Below, one piece after another: positions 63,976 through 64,000 of a stretch of 64,000 bases of DNA (within the stretch, counting starts at the first letter, position 1; the number at the start of each line of letters is the position of its first letter). The notes beneath the pieces are model-generated. The model was not told the origin of the DNA, searched no databases, and saw nothing but the letters and a program-made list of their open reading frames with translations. The stretch is taken from assembly GCF_001194135.2 (NCBI RefSeq), contig NC_068981.1, forward strand, positions 45,971,786 to 46,035,785, given 5' to 3'. Source of the stretch: Octopus bimaculoides (Eukaryota). The position numbers and the translations under genes were made by a program.

Positions 63976-64000
63976 CATACTTTGGACAAATACCTCACAG

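Noticed and set aside
504-63998. Numerous 60-330 aa ORFs rich in HT, YI, CV, MY repeats or X
   Set aside because: They are translations of (CA/TG)n, (TA)n and (CATA)n microsatellites or N gaps, not genes.
1-64000. CRISPR arrays, operons, rRNA or prokaryotic defence systems
   Set aside because: The window is eukaryotic repeat-rich DNA, with no regularly spaced repeat-spacer array, rRNA-like sequence or bacterial gene density.

Overview
This is eukaryotic, very AT-rich, gap-ridden draft-assembly DNA. It is dominated by microsatellites ((TA)n, (TG)n, (CATA)n, (TAG)n, (ATC)n) and decayed transposons. The SINE and mariner-MITE families match, from my recollection of those consensus sequences, an octopod cephalopod (probably Octopus); I could not verify this by search. 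There is no long intact ORF: nearly all entries in the six-frame track are microsatellite or N-gap artefacts. Well-supported elements are: (1) a Penelope-like retroelement (RT thumb plus GIY-YIG, minus strand, about 30.6-32.0 kb); (2) two different R4/Dong-type RLE LINE relics (19.3-21.8 kb minus; 45.4-46.35 kb plus); (3) an internally deleted Chapaev3 (CMC) DNA transposon with CACTGGG termini and TAA target duplication (49675-51445); (4) a long-TIR MITE (about 26.33-26.74 kb); (5) a mariner MITE; (6) I-clade and RTE LINE fragments; (7) many tRNA-derived SINEs. Three less certain but more interesting signals stand out. First, a hammerhead-ribozyme-like core (CTGATGA / stem II / GAAA-NNNN-TC) sits in a perfect 41-bp inverted repeat about 1 kb from the Penelope element. 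Second, a roughly 110-nt hairpin pairs better (G-U) on the minus strand. Third, a set of strongly splice-bounded minus-strand segments joins in phase into a tentative small beta-trefoil-like protein. No prokaryotic features (CRISPR, operons, rRNA) are present.
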